Assembly: GCF_036365525.1 (NCBI RefSeq)
Contig: NC_090399.1
Span: 15,375,558-15,439,557, forward strand
DNA from: Heterodontus francisci
Taxonomy: Eukaryota
DNA: 64,000 nt
Direction of reading: 5' to 3'
The stretch's first letter is position 1; the number at the start of each line of letters is the position of its first letter. Positions 1 through 11,390 of the stretch are shown in pieces. A model generated the notes under the pieces. The model was not told the origin of the DNA. It was given only the letters and a program-made list of their open reading frames with translations, and made no database searches. The translations under genes were made by a program, and so were the position numbers.

Positions 1-2258
1 GTGTTAGATTTAGATGTAGGTGAGCACTTTGGTGATAGTGATCACAATTCGGTTAGGTTTACCTTAGCGATGGGCAGGGACAGGTATATACCGCAGGGCA
101 AGAATTATAGCTGGGGGAAAGGAAATTATGATGTGATTAGGCAAGATTTAGGATGCGTAGGATGGGGAAGGAAACTGCAGGGGATGGGCACAATCGAAAT
201 GTGGAGCTTATTCAAGGAGCAGCTACTGCGTGTCCTTGATAAGTATGTACCTGTCAGGCAGGGAGGAAGTTGTCGAGCGAGGGAGCCGTGGTTTACTAAA
301 GAAGTTGAAGCGCTTGTCAAGAGGAAGAAGAAGGCTTATGTTAGGAAGAGACGTGTAGGCTCAGTTAGGGCGCTTGAGAGTTACAAGCTAGCCAGGAAGG
401 ATGTAACGGGAGAGCTTAGAAGAGCGAGGAGAGGACACGAGAAGTCATTGGCGGATAGGATCAAGGAAAACCCTAAGGCTTTCTATAGGTATATCAGGAA
501 TAAAAGAATGACTAGAGTTAGATTAGGGCCAATCAAGGATAGTAGTGGGAAGTTGTGTGTGGAATCAGAGGAGATAGGGGAAGCGTTAAATGAATATTTT
601 TCGTCAGTATTTACAGTAGAGAAAGAAAATGTTGTCGAGGAGAATATTGAGATTCAGACTACTAGGCTAGATGGAATTGAGGTTCACAAGGAGGAGGTGT
701 TAGCAATTTTGAAAAGTGTGAAAATAGATAAGTCCCCTGGGCCAGATGGGATTTATCCTAGGATTCTCTGGGAAGCCAGGGAGGAGATTTCAGAGACTTT
801 GTCCTTGATCTTTATGTCGTCATTGTCGACAGGAATAGTGCCGGAAGACTGGAGGATAGCAAATGTTGTCCCCTTGTTCAAGAAGGGGAGTAGAGACAGC
901 CCTGGTAATTATAGACCTGTGAGCCTTACTTCAGTTGTGGGTAAAATGTTGGAAAAGGTTATAAGAGATAGGATTTATAATCATCTTGAAAAGAATGAGT
1001 TCATTAGCGATAGTCAGCACGGTTTTGTGAAGGGGAGGTCGTGCCTCACAAACCTTATTGAGTTTTTCGAGAAGGTGACCAAACAGGTGGATGAGGGTAA
1101 AGCCGTGGATGTGGTGTATATGGATTTCAGTAAGGCGTTTGATAAGGTTCCCCACGGACCTTATCAAAATACGGAAGTATGGGATTGAAGGTGATTTATT
1201 GCTTTGGATCAGAAATTGGCTAGCTGAAAGAAGACAGAGGGTGGTGGTTGATGGCAAATGTTCATCCTGGAGTTTAGTTACTAGTGGTGTACCTCAAGGA
1301 TCTGTTTTGGGCCCACTGCTGTTTGTCATTTTTATAAATGACCTGGATGAGGGTGTAGAAGGGTGGGTTAGTAAATTTGCGGATGACACGAAGGTCGGTG
1401 GAGTTGTGGATAGTGCCGAAGGATGTTGTAGGTTACAGAGGGACATAGATAGGCTGCAGAGCTGGGCTGAGAGATGGCAAATGGAGTTTAATGCGGAAAA
1501 GTGTGAGGTGATTCACTTTGGAAGGAGTAACAGGAATGCAGAGTACTGGGCTAATGGGAAGATTCTTGGTAGTGTAGATGAGCAGAGAGATCTTGGTGTC
1601 CAGGTACATAAATCCCTGAAAGTTGTCACCCAGGTTAATAGGGCTGTTAAGAAGGCATATGGTGTGTTAGCTTTTATTAGTAGGGGGATCGAGTTTCGGA
1701 GCCACGAGGTCATGCTGCAGCTGTACAAAACTCTGGTGCGGCCGCACCTGGAGTATTGCGTGCAGTTCTGGTCACCGCATTATAGGAAGGATGTGGAAGC
1801 TTTGGAAAGGGTGCAGAGGAGATTTACTAGGATGTTGCCTGGTATGGAGGGAAGGTCTTACGAGGAAAGTCTGAGGGACTTGAGGTTGTTTTCGTTAGAG
1901 AGAAGAAGGAGAGGTGACTTAATAGAGACATATAAGATAATCAGAGGGTTAGATAGGGTGGATAGTGAGAGTCTTTTTCCTCGGATGGTGATGGCAAACA
2001 CGAGGGGACATAGCTTTAAGTTGAGGGGTGATATATATAGGGCAGATGTCAGAGGTAGTTTCTTTACTCAGAGAGCAGTAGGGGCGTGGAACGCCCTGCC
2101 TGCAACAGTAGTAGACTCGCCAACTTTAAGGGCCTTTAAGTGGTCATTGGATAGACATATGGATGAAAATGGAACAGTGTAGGTCAGATGGTTTCACAGG
2201 TCGGCGCAACATCGAGGGCCGAAGGGCCTGTACTGCGCTGTAATGTTCTATAAAAAAA
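1..2258 (+). mobile_element. CR1 LINE ORF2 (reverse transcriptase) and 3' tail, 5' end outside window
   Basis: ORFs 1..1188 and 1091..2182 carry KSPGPDGIYPR, NYRPVSLTS, YMDFSKAFDKVPH, GVPQGSVLGP, FADD and YKTLVRPHLEYCVQFWSP. One frameshift near 1156. Tail GGGCCGAAGGGCCTGTACTGCGCTGTAATGTTCTAT followed by an A-run. Confidence 0.95.
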
Positions 2259-2389
2259 GAGAGGAATTGGTAGGGGACAGCAGGGAGAGTTATCGTGTAA
2301 GACGTGTACTTTTACTTGCTATACAATATGTTTTCACTAAAACGAAGAGCTTCCATTTATTGTTGTGATTTCCAGATCACTGTGAAGCA

Positions 2390-2432
2390 ATGAATCTCAC
2401 TGACCTGCTGTGGACATTGATGTTACTCTTTC
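2390..2432 (+). CDS. NCR3: NKp30-like receptor A, signal-peptide exon (MNLTDLLWTLMLLF)
   Basis: ATG at 2390, hydrophobic 14 codons, phase-1 donor C|GTAAG at 2433. Upstream acceptor TTTCCAG at 2375 implies a 5' UTR exon. Joins in frame to the V exon at 2945. Confidence 0.75.
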
Positions 2433-2944
2433 GTAAGCTATTTCTTTTCTTATTACTCTTAGCTGCTTTGTCGTCTGGCTAATGGTCTTACTTGTAATTC
2501 AATTCTGTCACTGCTTCAGTGGTATGTATTTATTGCATTTATTTCGACTTATTGCTCGGTTTGACTTGTTTTGTTTCTCTTACGTTGAAAAAGCACATTG
2601 TTCTTTGGCCTGCTTGGGCCTCTCCCCAAGCTCCCTGGGGTGAGGTTCAGCGAACATGCCATTCTTGCATTACCTAGCCCTTCTGACCATTTGTTGCTGA
2701 ATACGGCGGCAGGTCAGGAGGTACCTGTCGCAAACTACCGGTGGGGTGAGGACATAATGTTCTTTTAATTAACTGAAAATTACGCAATTCTATGATAATC
2801 TTTAATTCCGTGCACTGGCGTCACTCAGTATCTATAGCATGACAGTAAATGAAAAAAAAACCGTAGAAACAAAGCATTGTTGTCCACTGTTGTCCAATAT
2901 CAACGATGTTGTTTAAAGTTGCTCATTAGACATTTGTTTTACAG

Positions 2945-3289
2945 AAGCCCACTCTGGAAGCGTCATAATAATTCAGACCCCTTCAATTGATGTTATTGAA
3001 AGAGAGAGAGCATGCTTACCCTGTACCTATATTGCTAAAGAAGGGCAAACCAATGGAGCATTCAGATGGTATAAAGTCGGCAAGAACGGAAAACTTGTGG
3101 TTTCTAACAGTTCAACAGAATACCTCGGTCGAATTGCTATGACCGATAGACGATCCTTTCTAGGAAACAATGACGCGTCCATGACCATCCTCTGGACAAG
3201 ACTGGAAGATTCAGGAACATACTACTGCCAAATCGAGATGTTCAATGCAGGAACAGACACCGGGCCGGGCACAATACTGACGGTGAAAG
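2945..3289 (+). CDS. NCR3: NKp30-like receptor A, Ig V domain 1 (germline-joined VJ type)
   Basis: Acceptor TTTTACAG and donor G|GTAAG, phase 1-1. Translation AHSGSVIIIQTPSIDVIERERACLPCTY...AFRWYK...EYLGRI...SFLGNNDASMTI...DSGTYYCQIEMFNAGTDTGPGTILTVK has the B-strand Cys, C-strand Trp, DSGxYYC and a GxGTxLTV G-strand. Layout matches the recalled human NKp30 V domain. Confidence 0.85.
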
Positions 3290-4063
3290 GTAAGCTTATT
3301 GAATATTGTGTCATTGTCTAGTGCAACCCATTGAGTGGTTCGCCTCTAAGTTACTGCGAAGTTTACACGGCCCATTTTTTTCGAGGTGTAAGACATTTCG
3401 GGAACTTGCTGTGTCTGGGCCATGAGTGCGTTTGGGTTTCATTCACTGGAACTAGAGTATTTTTTTCTGAAATAGTAACATATGTTAGCTGTGCTTTCTG
3501 AGGTTTCTGTGCCAATTCTGACTGGCCATGCCTCTGTGTCTATCTGCAAAAATGGAAACAAACACTCACTGTGCTCTATCCGTCACAATGGCTACGATCT
3601 TGAACTTAACTCACACGATATGATAGCAACAAGCTGACTGAGGTCGTTACTGCTACAACCATGCGCGGCTGCATTACACCAGATAAGTTAGAATTATATC
3701 ATTGCGTAGAGTACAGCTGAGAAATATTCATCACATGAGATAATTGCTTATAATATATTTTGTTTCCACTTCGTTGATTGATTGACTTCTAAATTGATCA
3801 AATTTATAGATTAAGCATATCAATTAAAATTACGTTAGCTTACAGCGCCACTCACACTAAAATGTCTTTCTTTGCACAATAGTAGTTACTAGCGGGAGCA
3901 GAGTAGCTTTACCAGCGCTTTAGCTGCGACTAATAATGGGTGACTTCAAAGTATATGGTGAGGTGGAAACTAGTTTGTCAGTATTGTGTTATCCCAGCTG
4001 TTGTAGACAGGGAAGAACTAAAGTCACTTTGCACATAAACTGCCCTGGGCATTTATCTTACAG

Positions 4064-4417
4064 CAGCAACTGCTAACAAGATCAAAGTCTTTCAGACGCC
4101 ACCTTCCATTGAGGCTATCGAAGGAGAGTCAGTCCATCTGCTCTGCATTTACAGCACACCTGAAGGACAGCACATCGGGACGTTTTCTTGGTACAAAGAC
4201 GTGAATGATGGAACAGAAGAGAACATGGTATCGAATACATCCGTAAAATACTCGGGCAGAATTCTTGAGGTGGAGAGGTCATCTTTCAAAGCAAATCGAA
4301 ACGCTTCCATCATGATTACAAACGTGAACCGCAATGACTCAGGCACATATTACTGTGAGGTGGAGATATCATTTGTCGGGAAAGACACTGGACAAGGAAC
4401 AATATTAACAGTAAAAC
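4064..4417 (+). CDS. NCR3: NKp30-like receptor A, Ig V domain 2 (germline-joined VJ type)
   Basis: Acceptor TTATCTTACAG (a CAGCAG tandem acceptor) and donor C|GTAAG, phase 1-1. Translation ATANKIKVFQTPPSIEAIEGESVHLLCIY...IGTFSWYK...KYSGRI...SSFKANRNASIMI...DSGTYYCEVEISFVGKDTGQGTILTVK. Confidence 0.85.
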
Positions 4418-4769
4418 GTAAGTTCATATGGTGGGAGGGAGAGGGAGAGCGAGAGAGAAAGAGGAAGAAAGTGAGAAAGAAAAATAGGTCGTTAAGTAAG
4501 ATAACAAGAAAGGAGGAAAGAATGAAAGAAAGTAGCCCACCGAAGTTATTTCATCATCCCCTTTGGAGGAGAAAATGCCTAATGAATAGAATACTCCAAA
4601 TTAACACGTTATGCGGGAGGTAACACTATCTTGCAAACAGCTTCTGTTTTATGGAAGCATTTACATATGTTTCTGTGCTAACATAGAATTGACTTTCGAA
4701 AGCGATAGAATGCGAGAACGAAGACCTACATCAGTGTGCCACAAGCCATGTAAGTGTTCAGTTCCAGGG

Positions 4770-5410
4770 GTAAGAACATAAGACATGAGAGCAGGGGTCG
4801 ACCATACAGCCTGGCGAGTCTACACCGCCTTTCAGTTCAATCATGGCTAATCTTGGGCTTCAAATCCACTTTCCCGCCCGCTCGCCATATCCCTTGATTC
4901 TCTGAGAGACCAAACATCTGTCTATCTCAACATTAATTAATGGAGCATCTGAAACCCCCTGGGATAAAGGATTCCAAAGATTCACAAACTTCTGAATGAA
5001 GAAACGTCTCCTCACCTCAGTCCTAAATGATCAGCTCCTTATTCTGAGGCTGTACCCCAGTGTTCTAGATTCCCCAGTCAGGGGAAACAACCTCTCAGTA
5101 TCTACCCTGTCAAGCCCCTTCAGAATCCTGAATGAGATCACCTTTCATTCTTCTAAACACCAGAGAGTAAAAGCCCAACTTACTCAAGCTCTCATCATAG
5201 GACAACCCTTTCATATCAGGGACCAATCTAGTGAACCTTCACTGAACCGCCTCCAAGGCAAATATATCCTTCCTTAAATATGGAGACCAAAACTGCACAC
5301 AATACTCCAGGTGTGGTCTCACCAAAGCCCTGTACAATTCTTTATTCTTGTGCTCCAATCCCCTTGCAATCAAGGCCATCCAATCCTTTGCCTTCTTAAT
5401 TGCTTACGGT
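4770..5410 (-). mobile_element. CR1 LINE 3' fragment
   Basis: Reverse complement of the CR1 3' region, including the LVRPHLEYCVQFWSPYL-coding segment near 5280-5335 and an (AAGAACAT)n tail. Boundaries approximate. Confidence 0.8.
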
Positions 5411-5774
5411 AGGCAACCAGCATGTAAAATAATTAACCCAACAAATTTCACCCACTGCCAACATATTTTGGTAGAGAATATGCAATCTGTACCGCATTGA
5501 AATGTCCAATGGTAACCTGACTAGATAGCAAAAAAAAATACGATCCATAACTCTGAAGATGATCATTTATCGACCACAAGGATCTGTCGCTCAATGTTTA
5601 TCCATAGAACAAAAGGCTTAGGGGAGTTCGTACAAAAACACAAGGCAATAATAGCAGAAACCAAGTAAAGACATTGAAGTAGCATTGCTGTATATCAAAC
5701 AAAGCATTTGATATATGTTTTTGTGGAAGAGAGAGAGGACAAATAATACGTGCAAAAAGCTGTTTGTATACTTG

Positions 5775-6000
5775 AAAAAAAAAGTCTTGCATTTATGCAG
5801 CACATAATACGACCTCACAGTGTTCCAAAGCACTTTACAGCCAACACTGTACTTTGGAAGTGTACTCATTGGCGTAATGCAGGAAACGTAACAGCCAATT
5901 TGCACACAGCAAGTTCCCACAACCAGCAATATGACAATGACCAGGCAATCTATTTTAGTGATGTTGGTTACGGCATAAATATTGCCCAGGACACTAGGGA
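5775..6000 (-). mobile_element. Deu-domain SINE fragment (L2-type tail)
   Basis: TTGCATTTAT...CAAAGCACTTTACAGCCAA...GCCAATTTGCACACAGCAAG...AATATTGCCCAGGACAC. Same family as 10376..10770, 43420..43710 and 53470..53810. Confidence 0.65.
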
Positions 6001-6074
6001 GCAAACACCTGCTCCAAACAGCCTGAGTTTACCTCGGATAAAGAAAGTAATTCTGAAAGCGATTGTCTCCGTAG

Positions 6075-6242
6075 ATCCGGAAAAGCGCGGAAGGTCACTG
6101 CTTTGGCAGCTGCTCGTAATGGGAGTGAAACTTGTGGTGTTTGTTGTGATCATCATTATAATAATTTATCTCGTACATTTCTGGGACTCTCGAGGTTCTC
6201 CAATGGCAATTACTGCAGAACGAGAGGAAATTGACAGAACAG
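6075..6242 (+). CDS. NCR3: NKp30-like receptor A, transmembrane exon with intramembrane Lys
   Basis: Acceptor TTGTCTCCGTAG, phase 1, compatible with the V exons. Translation PEKRGRSLLWQLLVMGVKLVVFVVIIIIIIYLVHFWDSRGSPMAITAEREEIDRT. Ends at a GC-type donor CAG|GCAAGT; read-through would stop at 6268. Confidence 0.8.
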
Positions 6243-6469
6243 GCAAGTGTTCAGATGAAAAGTGTTAAATCTTAACCAAATAACATCTGGGAATGTTGAT
6301 ATTTGCAGTTGGATTAATAGTAAAACTACAAGCGCCATCATTCAAATTGTTAAATACAAATGCGAAAAAAATGTATATTGCATCTGCTGCTTGGTTGTCA
6401 TCCTTCCTTCTATGAAAGATGATGGACACGCAGCAAACTATCCATTTAGGTGGGGTGTCTTCTCTTGGT

Positions 6470-7170
6470 GCACCTTTGCTGATGGCTGTGAAGGCCAATC
6501 ATTGAGAAGCAGGTTCTGCCACAAGTGCTGCAGGTGAAGCTGCCAAGTGACGCTGTGAATTGTTGATTTTGATATTGCCAAGCTGCTGTAGAAACTGGTC
6601 ATCATGGTAATGCACACCAGACCACAGGATGTGTCGCCATTTCCCTCTTTCACCAGCTATTGACTCCCAAGTGCAACAGTCGACATTTAGGGCCTTCATG
6701 TTACGCTTGTAAGCATCCTTAAAGTGGAGCTTTGGGCGCCCCACTGGTCATTTGGCCCTGGCTACCTCACCATACAACCGTCTTCCATCCTCCGCATGTG
6801 TCTGATGCACTGAAGCTGCCTCTGTTTGATTAGTGCCAACACTCTGGGAGCTCTGCCTGTGAGAGGTCTGCCTCATATGTGATTTTGTCCTGCCAGGATA
6901 TACCCAAAATGCATCACAGACAGTGAGATTTTTCTGGTAGCTGTAAGTTGCCCATGTTTCACAGGCATACAACAAGGTGCTGAGACATAGGTCTTATAAA
7001 CCATGAGCTTGGCCCTAAGAGTTATACAATTTGCATTTCACAAGTCAGTTAAAGGTGGCAGCTGCTTTCCCTGTGTGTATATCGAGCTCTGCATCAAGGG
7101 ACAGATTGTCACCGTGGAACAAAGGTGGCAGAATTTGCTAACCACTTCCAGGAGGGTTTTTTTAGTGTGA
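6470..7170 (-). mobile_element. Degenerate RTE LINE 3' fragment
   Basis: LYACETWATY and GRPKLHFKDAYKRNMK motifs in ORFs 6748..6975 and 6499..6744. Largely replaced by a CR1 fragment in the right arm. Confidence 0.8.
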
Positions 7171-7828
7171 TCAGGCTATGGGATATGTTGCTATGTTACT
7201 AGTTACATGCATGTAACTTTATATTAGGAGTGTTTTACTATTAACAAATTGATTCCTGCATTATTAAAGTAATTCGAAAATGCAGTTGGTGTAACTCGGC
7301 AACAGGAACTATATAAACCTGTGCCTGATACAAGTCTGTGGTTCCTGGATGGCCAGTCAGCTTGACCGATCAGGGTATTAGTCATAGTATTGAGTCAGCA
7401 GGCATAGAGTTGTGATCTGTGCTGGGGCATGAGCATTGCAATTGGCCTGGTTCACCCACTTTCAGTTGTTCTGGTCAAACAACTACACTGGCTTCACCTG
7501 TTGTGCTAAGGTACTTGCACCCAGGACATCTTTTCCTGGAAGTGACTGCAGGCAGAAAAGCAGGAGCAAGTGACAGGTAAAAGGATTGACATGGAAAAGT
7601 TAACCACTACAAACACACGTGTGTTAAAACTCGAGCAATAGTGATCATTTATTACATTGCTCTTGTCCATAACTAATACAAACCTAATCTATGCTGCAGA
7701 TTTTACAGATAGATATGTATAGATCTCTGGGGTGCAAATTTTGATTCAGGTATGCAGCATATTGAAAAAAAACATCCGTTTATTTCATTAAGAAATGTTC
7801 CATGTAATAACCAGTATGTTTCCCACAG

Positions 7829-7845
7829 GCTCAAATCACAAGTGA
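7829..7845 (+). CDS. NKp30-like receptor A, candidate terminal coding exon (GSNHK-stop) plus 3' UTR
   Basis: Acceptor TATGTTTCCCACAG, in phase with the GC donor at 6243. The paralog at 41532..41548(-) differs only by a synonymous TCA/TCG change. Confidence 0.45.
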
Positions 7846-8204
7846 ACACCTGACAGGAAACACGTTAATTCAACGTGGTATTTATCCATTGGCCGAAAAT
7901 AACTACACGTGGGTTGATTTTGTATTTCTTCTGGTCTCTTTCTGGTAACTGCTTCTTCTCAACAAAATGCCGAAAGTACTGCACATCTGGACAGCGAGAT
8001 CCACTTTCTGCAAATCAAACACTTCCAGCAATAGACTCCCTGTACAAATCTCTGGGGTTAACAGCACCTTCAAAAGCAACTACAAGCTTGGGGGTTCTTA
8101 TTTCTGGCAGCAGTAAACTCTGAACTCATCAGCCAATTTAATACTCATTTACAATTAAAGGCCATAATGCTATCGCTCTCGATCTGAAAGGCCATAATTG
8201 TTTT

Positions 8205-8790
8205 CCAAAACTATACTTCAATTCATAAAATTGGTAAAAGAAAAGTACGTTCCATAACACTTCAAATTGGTCATTCCAGAAAGTGCAATATGGTTAAAAT
8301 ACTTTCCACACAGCCTGTGGCACTGTGAGGTGCCTCAATACAGTTGCAATTACACGTGATATTTGCCACAGACATTTCATGTGAATCATACAGCCCAAGG
8401 GGTTTTATACAGTTTCCTGCCCTTCGGTTCACTATGGCAGGCAGGCCTTAGACTGTGGCCTTTCCCCATTGAGCCTTTGAGGTGGCTGCCCAAGCTTTAG
8501 TGCATCCCTCAGCACGTAGTCCCGCACCTTGGAATGTGCCAGTCTGCAACACTCGGTCGTGGACAACTCTTTGGACTGGAAGACCAGCAAGTTTTGGACA
8601 GATCAAAATGCATCTTTAACCGAGTTGATGGTTCTCCAGCAGCATTTGATGTTTGCCTTTATCCCTGAGGACAGCCTGTAGAGCGTTGAGACCTGTGTCA
8701 TGGTGCTGCTCGAGATGAACCTCGACAAAAACCATTGAATCTCTTTCCAGACTTTCTTTGCAAAGGCACATTCCTGAAAGACCACTGTGC
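8205..8790 (-). mobile_element. L1-Tx1 clade LINE 3' fragment
   Basis: ECAFAKKVWKEIQWFLSRFI...CCWRTINSVKDA, homologous to the 3' end of the long Tx1 element at 28240-28797. Mirrored at 40625..41180. Confidence 0.8.
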
Positions 8791-9224
8791 TGATCCAGAC
8801 CATCAAATCGCAGTAATTTAATAGTTCACCACTCAGCTTATATTCCTCACACTGATCAACAATCGTAGTTCTTACTGACAATAATCAACTTATGTTTCGC
8901 TTTCATGTCATTCAGTGCATTCTATGGGATTATATTCTGGTTGTAATTTTCCCACTTTCCCCATTTAGCAAAATTATTGTGTTGGCTTTTGGGAGCATAC
9001 TACTTGTAAGTTGGCCTCTTCTAAACAAATGAGGTTTTCCTTGAAGCAAGAAAAAAAGAAAGATTATCTATTATGATCAATAAACTACTGACATCTCATG
9101 AATGGAATCTTGTGGCAGAGTGTATGAGATCGATAATGCAATCCGCAGGTGGTATATTGTGCTGAGGTACAGCGAATCCTACCTAGCCCAGAAACACTTG
9201 TAAGTTTAATGCGTAAGTATTTGA

Positions 9225-9660
9225 GTGTATCTATCCGTTTGTGTGTGTATATGTGTATTTGTGTATGTTTTGACATGCATCTGTATATACCTGTGTGTTT
9301 CTGTCTCTGTGAGAGTATGTAAATGTCTCTGTATATGTATGTACTTATGCATGTGTGCCTTTGTGTGTCTCTATGTGCCGGTGTCTCTGTGTATATGTGT
9401 GTGTGTGTCTCTCTCTCCCTGTCTGTATATGTTTGTGTCTGTGTGCTTGGTTGTGCATATGTCTGTGTCTCTCCGTCTCTTTCCAGGTGTCTGTGCATGT
9501 ATTTATGCTTCTGCTTGTCTGTGCATGTGTATGTGTCACTGTGCATGTATTTATGCACCTGTCTATGTGCGCCTGTGTGTGTTTCTCTCTGTTTCTCTGT
9601 GTGTACCTGTTTGTGTGTAATTATGAGTCAGTATATGTGTCTCTGTTTCTCTGTGATTAT
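9225..9660. repeat. Degenerate (TG)n low-complexity tract
   Basis: TG/TC/TA dinucleotide mosaic, mirrored as a (CA)n tract at 38640..39130. Source of spurious Cys/Val-rich ORFs. Confidence 0.9.
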
Positions 9661-10375
9661 CTCACAAATTTCCACTGCAGTTTTACTAGTGTTGGCACAA
9701 ATCAACTATAATATGACCTGAATATTGTACAATTCCACATGTGCAAATAAGTTTTGTTCTAAGCATTTTAAACTTTTGTATAGTTTAGACTTTCAATAAA
9801 TTTCAAATTTTTATCACCTAAACCTAATATTTTACACTCATTGTATTATTGGCATTTCTTTAAATACAGTAAATCTGTTGCCTAAAGAAATATGAAGTAT
9901 CCCAACTAATTTGCAGCTTGTCAAGACCAATCATGGAGTGGAACACTGGATTCAGCGTCTGCAGATACCCGATATGTCATAGAGTCATTTATGCACAGAA
10001 GGAGGCTATTCGGGCCATCAAGTCCATGGCGGCTCTCCACAGAGTTATGCTGTCAGTCCCAATCCCTGGCTCGATCCCCATAACCCTGCAAGTCTATTTC
10101 TCTCATATCTTTCCCCTCTATTCCAACATACCGCCCTGATGTATACAGCCAAACACAAACGCGCATACATACAGATGCACACTACACCATTCATTCATGT
10201 AGCAAATACATGTTCACTGCATTTCCTCCATTTTAATTATGTTAGGTTTGTTTAAGAAGAGATGTTAAAAGGTATATGTGTCTGGCATCAATTTGGGGTA
10301 TGAGCGAAGGAAATGCAATTCCCCCTTCAATTAATTATCGGGAATGTGAAAACCTGGGCATTAGTTTCTATCAAA

Positions 10376-10770
10376 GCTCCAGAGAGTACAGCGCACAACC
10401 CAGGCTAACACTCTCAGTGCAGTACTGATTGAGGTTTGCACTGTCGGAGGTGCTGTCTTTCAGATGGGACATTAAACTAAGGTCCCATTTGCCCTCACAG
10501 GAGGATGTAAAAGATCCCATGGCTCTATTTTAAAGAAGGGCAGGGGGTGTTCTCATCATTGTACTGGCCAATATTTATTCCTTAACCAAAAGCACAAAAA
10601 AAAACTTGTCATAATCAAATTGCAGTTTGTGAGAGATTGCTCTGCATAAATTGACTGCTGCGTTTCCTACATAACAACAGTGAATACACCGCAGAATAAG
10701 ATTTCATTAGTTGCAAAGAAGTTTGGGGCATTGTAACATGGTGAAAGGAGCCAGATAAAGACAAGTTCTT
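10376..10770 (+). mobile_element. Deu-domain SINE
   Basis: CAGTGCAGTACTGA...CACTGTCGGAGGTGCTGTCTTTCAGATG...GTAAAAGATCCCATGGC...GGCCAATATTTAT core. Mirrored at about 37530..37925(-). Confidence 0.7.
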
Positions 10771-11390
10771 TTCTAATTGTGTATCTATGTTTATTTTCGA
10801 TTGCATTAAATTTGAGGGCTGTTGCCAACTTAGTCTGTTATAATGTTGAAAGTTATCAAAGGTGATATTCTATTGAAATTCGGGGGAAGAAGAGGATGTG
10901 GATCATCTCTGGATTAACGTCATTTGGAGTGTTCATGTTTATTCACTTCCAGTATTCCAGTATCTCTGATATTAATCCCGGATTCACACTCTGCCGGCCT
11001 TAGTTATCACTGAAACAGCAAAGGTGGATGACACCAAAACAGTGGATAAAACACCGACCTCAGATCCCATGGAATGGAGATTTGCTGTACAGTAAGATTT
11101 GCAGCAATTCATCCTTCAGTCTTACTGGTGGCTCTGCGGTCAAAGTGTTACAACTGGAAAACATCCCAGAATTATTATTAATTTTTTGGATTGTCACAGC
11201 ATCATCATCAATAGTTTGTCCGACAAAATGACAATGGTCCTCTTGGCAGCTGGAAGGTGTTAACTGGCTGAACAAACAAAACTCGCTAGGGTGCTGTCCC
11301 TTTAAGAAAACAAGTTCAGTAAAGCCTCCCCCCTCCTCCATATACTTCCTGGTTTAATGTAAGTAGAAGTGAGAATCCACTGCTCTTGAA

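Noticed and set aside
2340-4620. Rearranging antigen-receptor (Ig/TCR/NAR) V segments with RSS
   Set aside because: Each V exon already encodes its GxGTxLTV G-strand and ends in a splice donor. The CACTGTG heptamers at 2378 and 3568 have no nonamer at 12 or 23 bp spacing, and no C1 constant exon was seen.
5608-5665. Stalk exon for receptor A after TTTATCCATAG
   Set aside because: In-frame stops in the required phase and a weak donor.
5750-6074. N-terminal part of the 172-aa ORF as real protein
   Set aside because: It runs through a SINE and intron; only the part after the acceptor at 6074 is credible.
7875-8123. 82-aa ORF identical in both arms as a conserved small protein
   Set aside because: GTG start and no recognisable domain. 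The identity is explained by nucleotide-level identity of the whole surrounding tract, probably 3' UTR.
9085-9721. Cys/Val- or His/Thr-rich ORFs (also 38580..39141)
   Set aside because: Translation artefacts of TG/CA low-complexity repeats.
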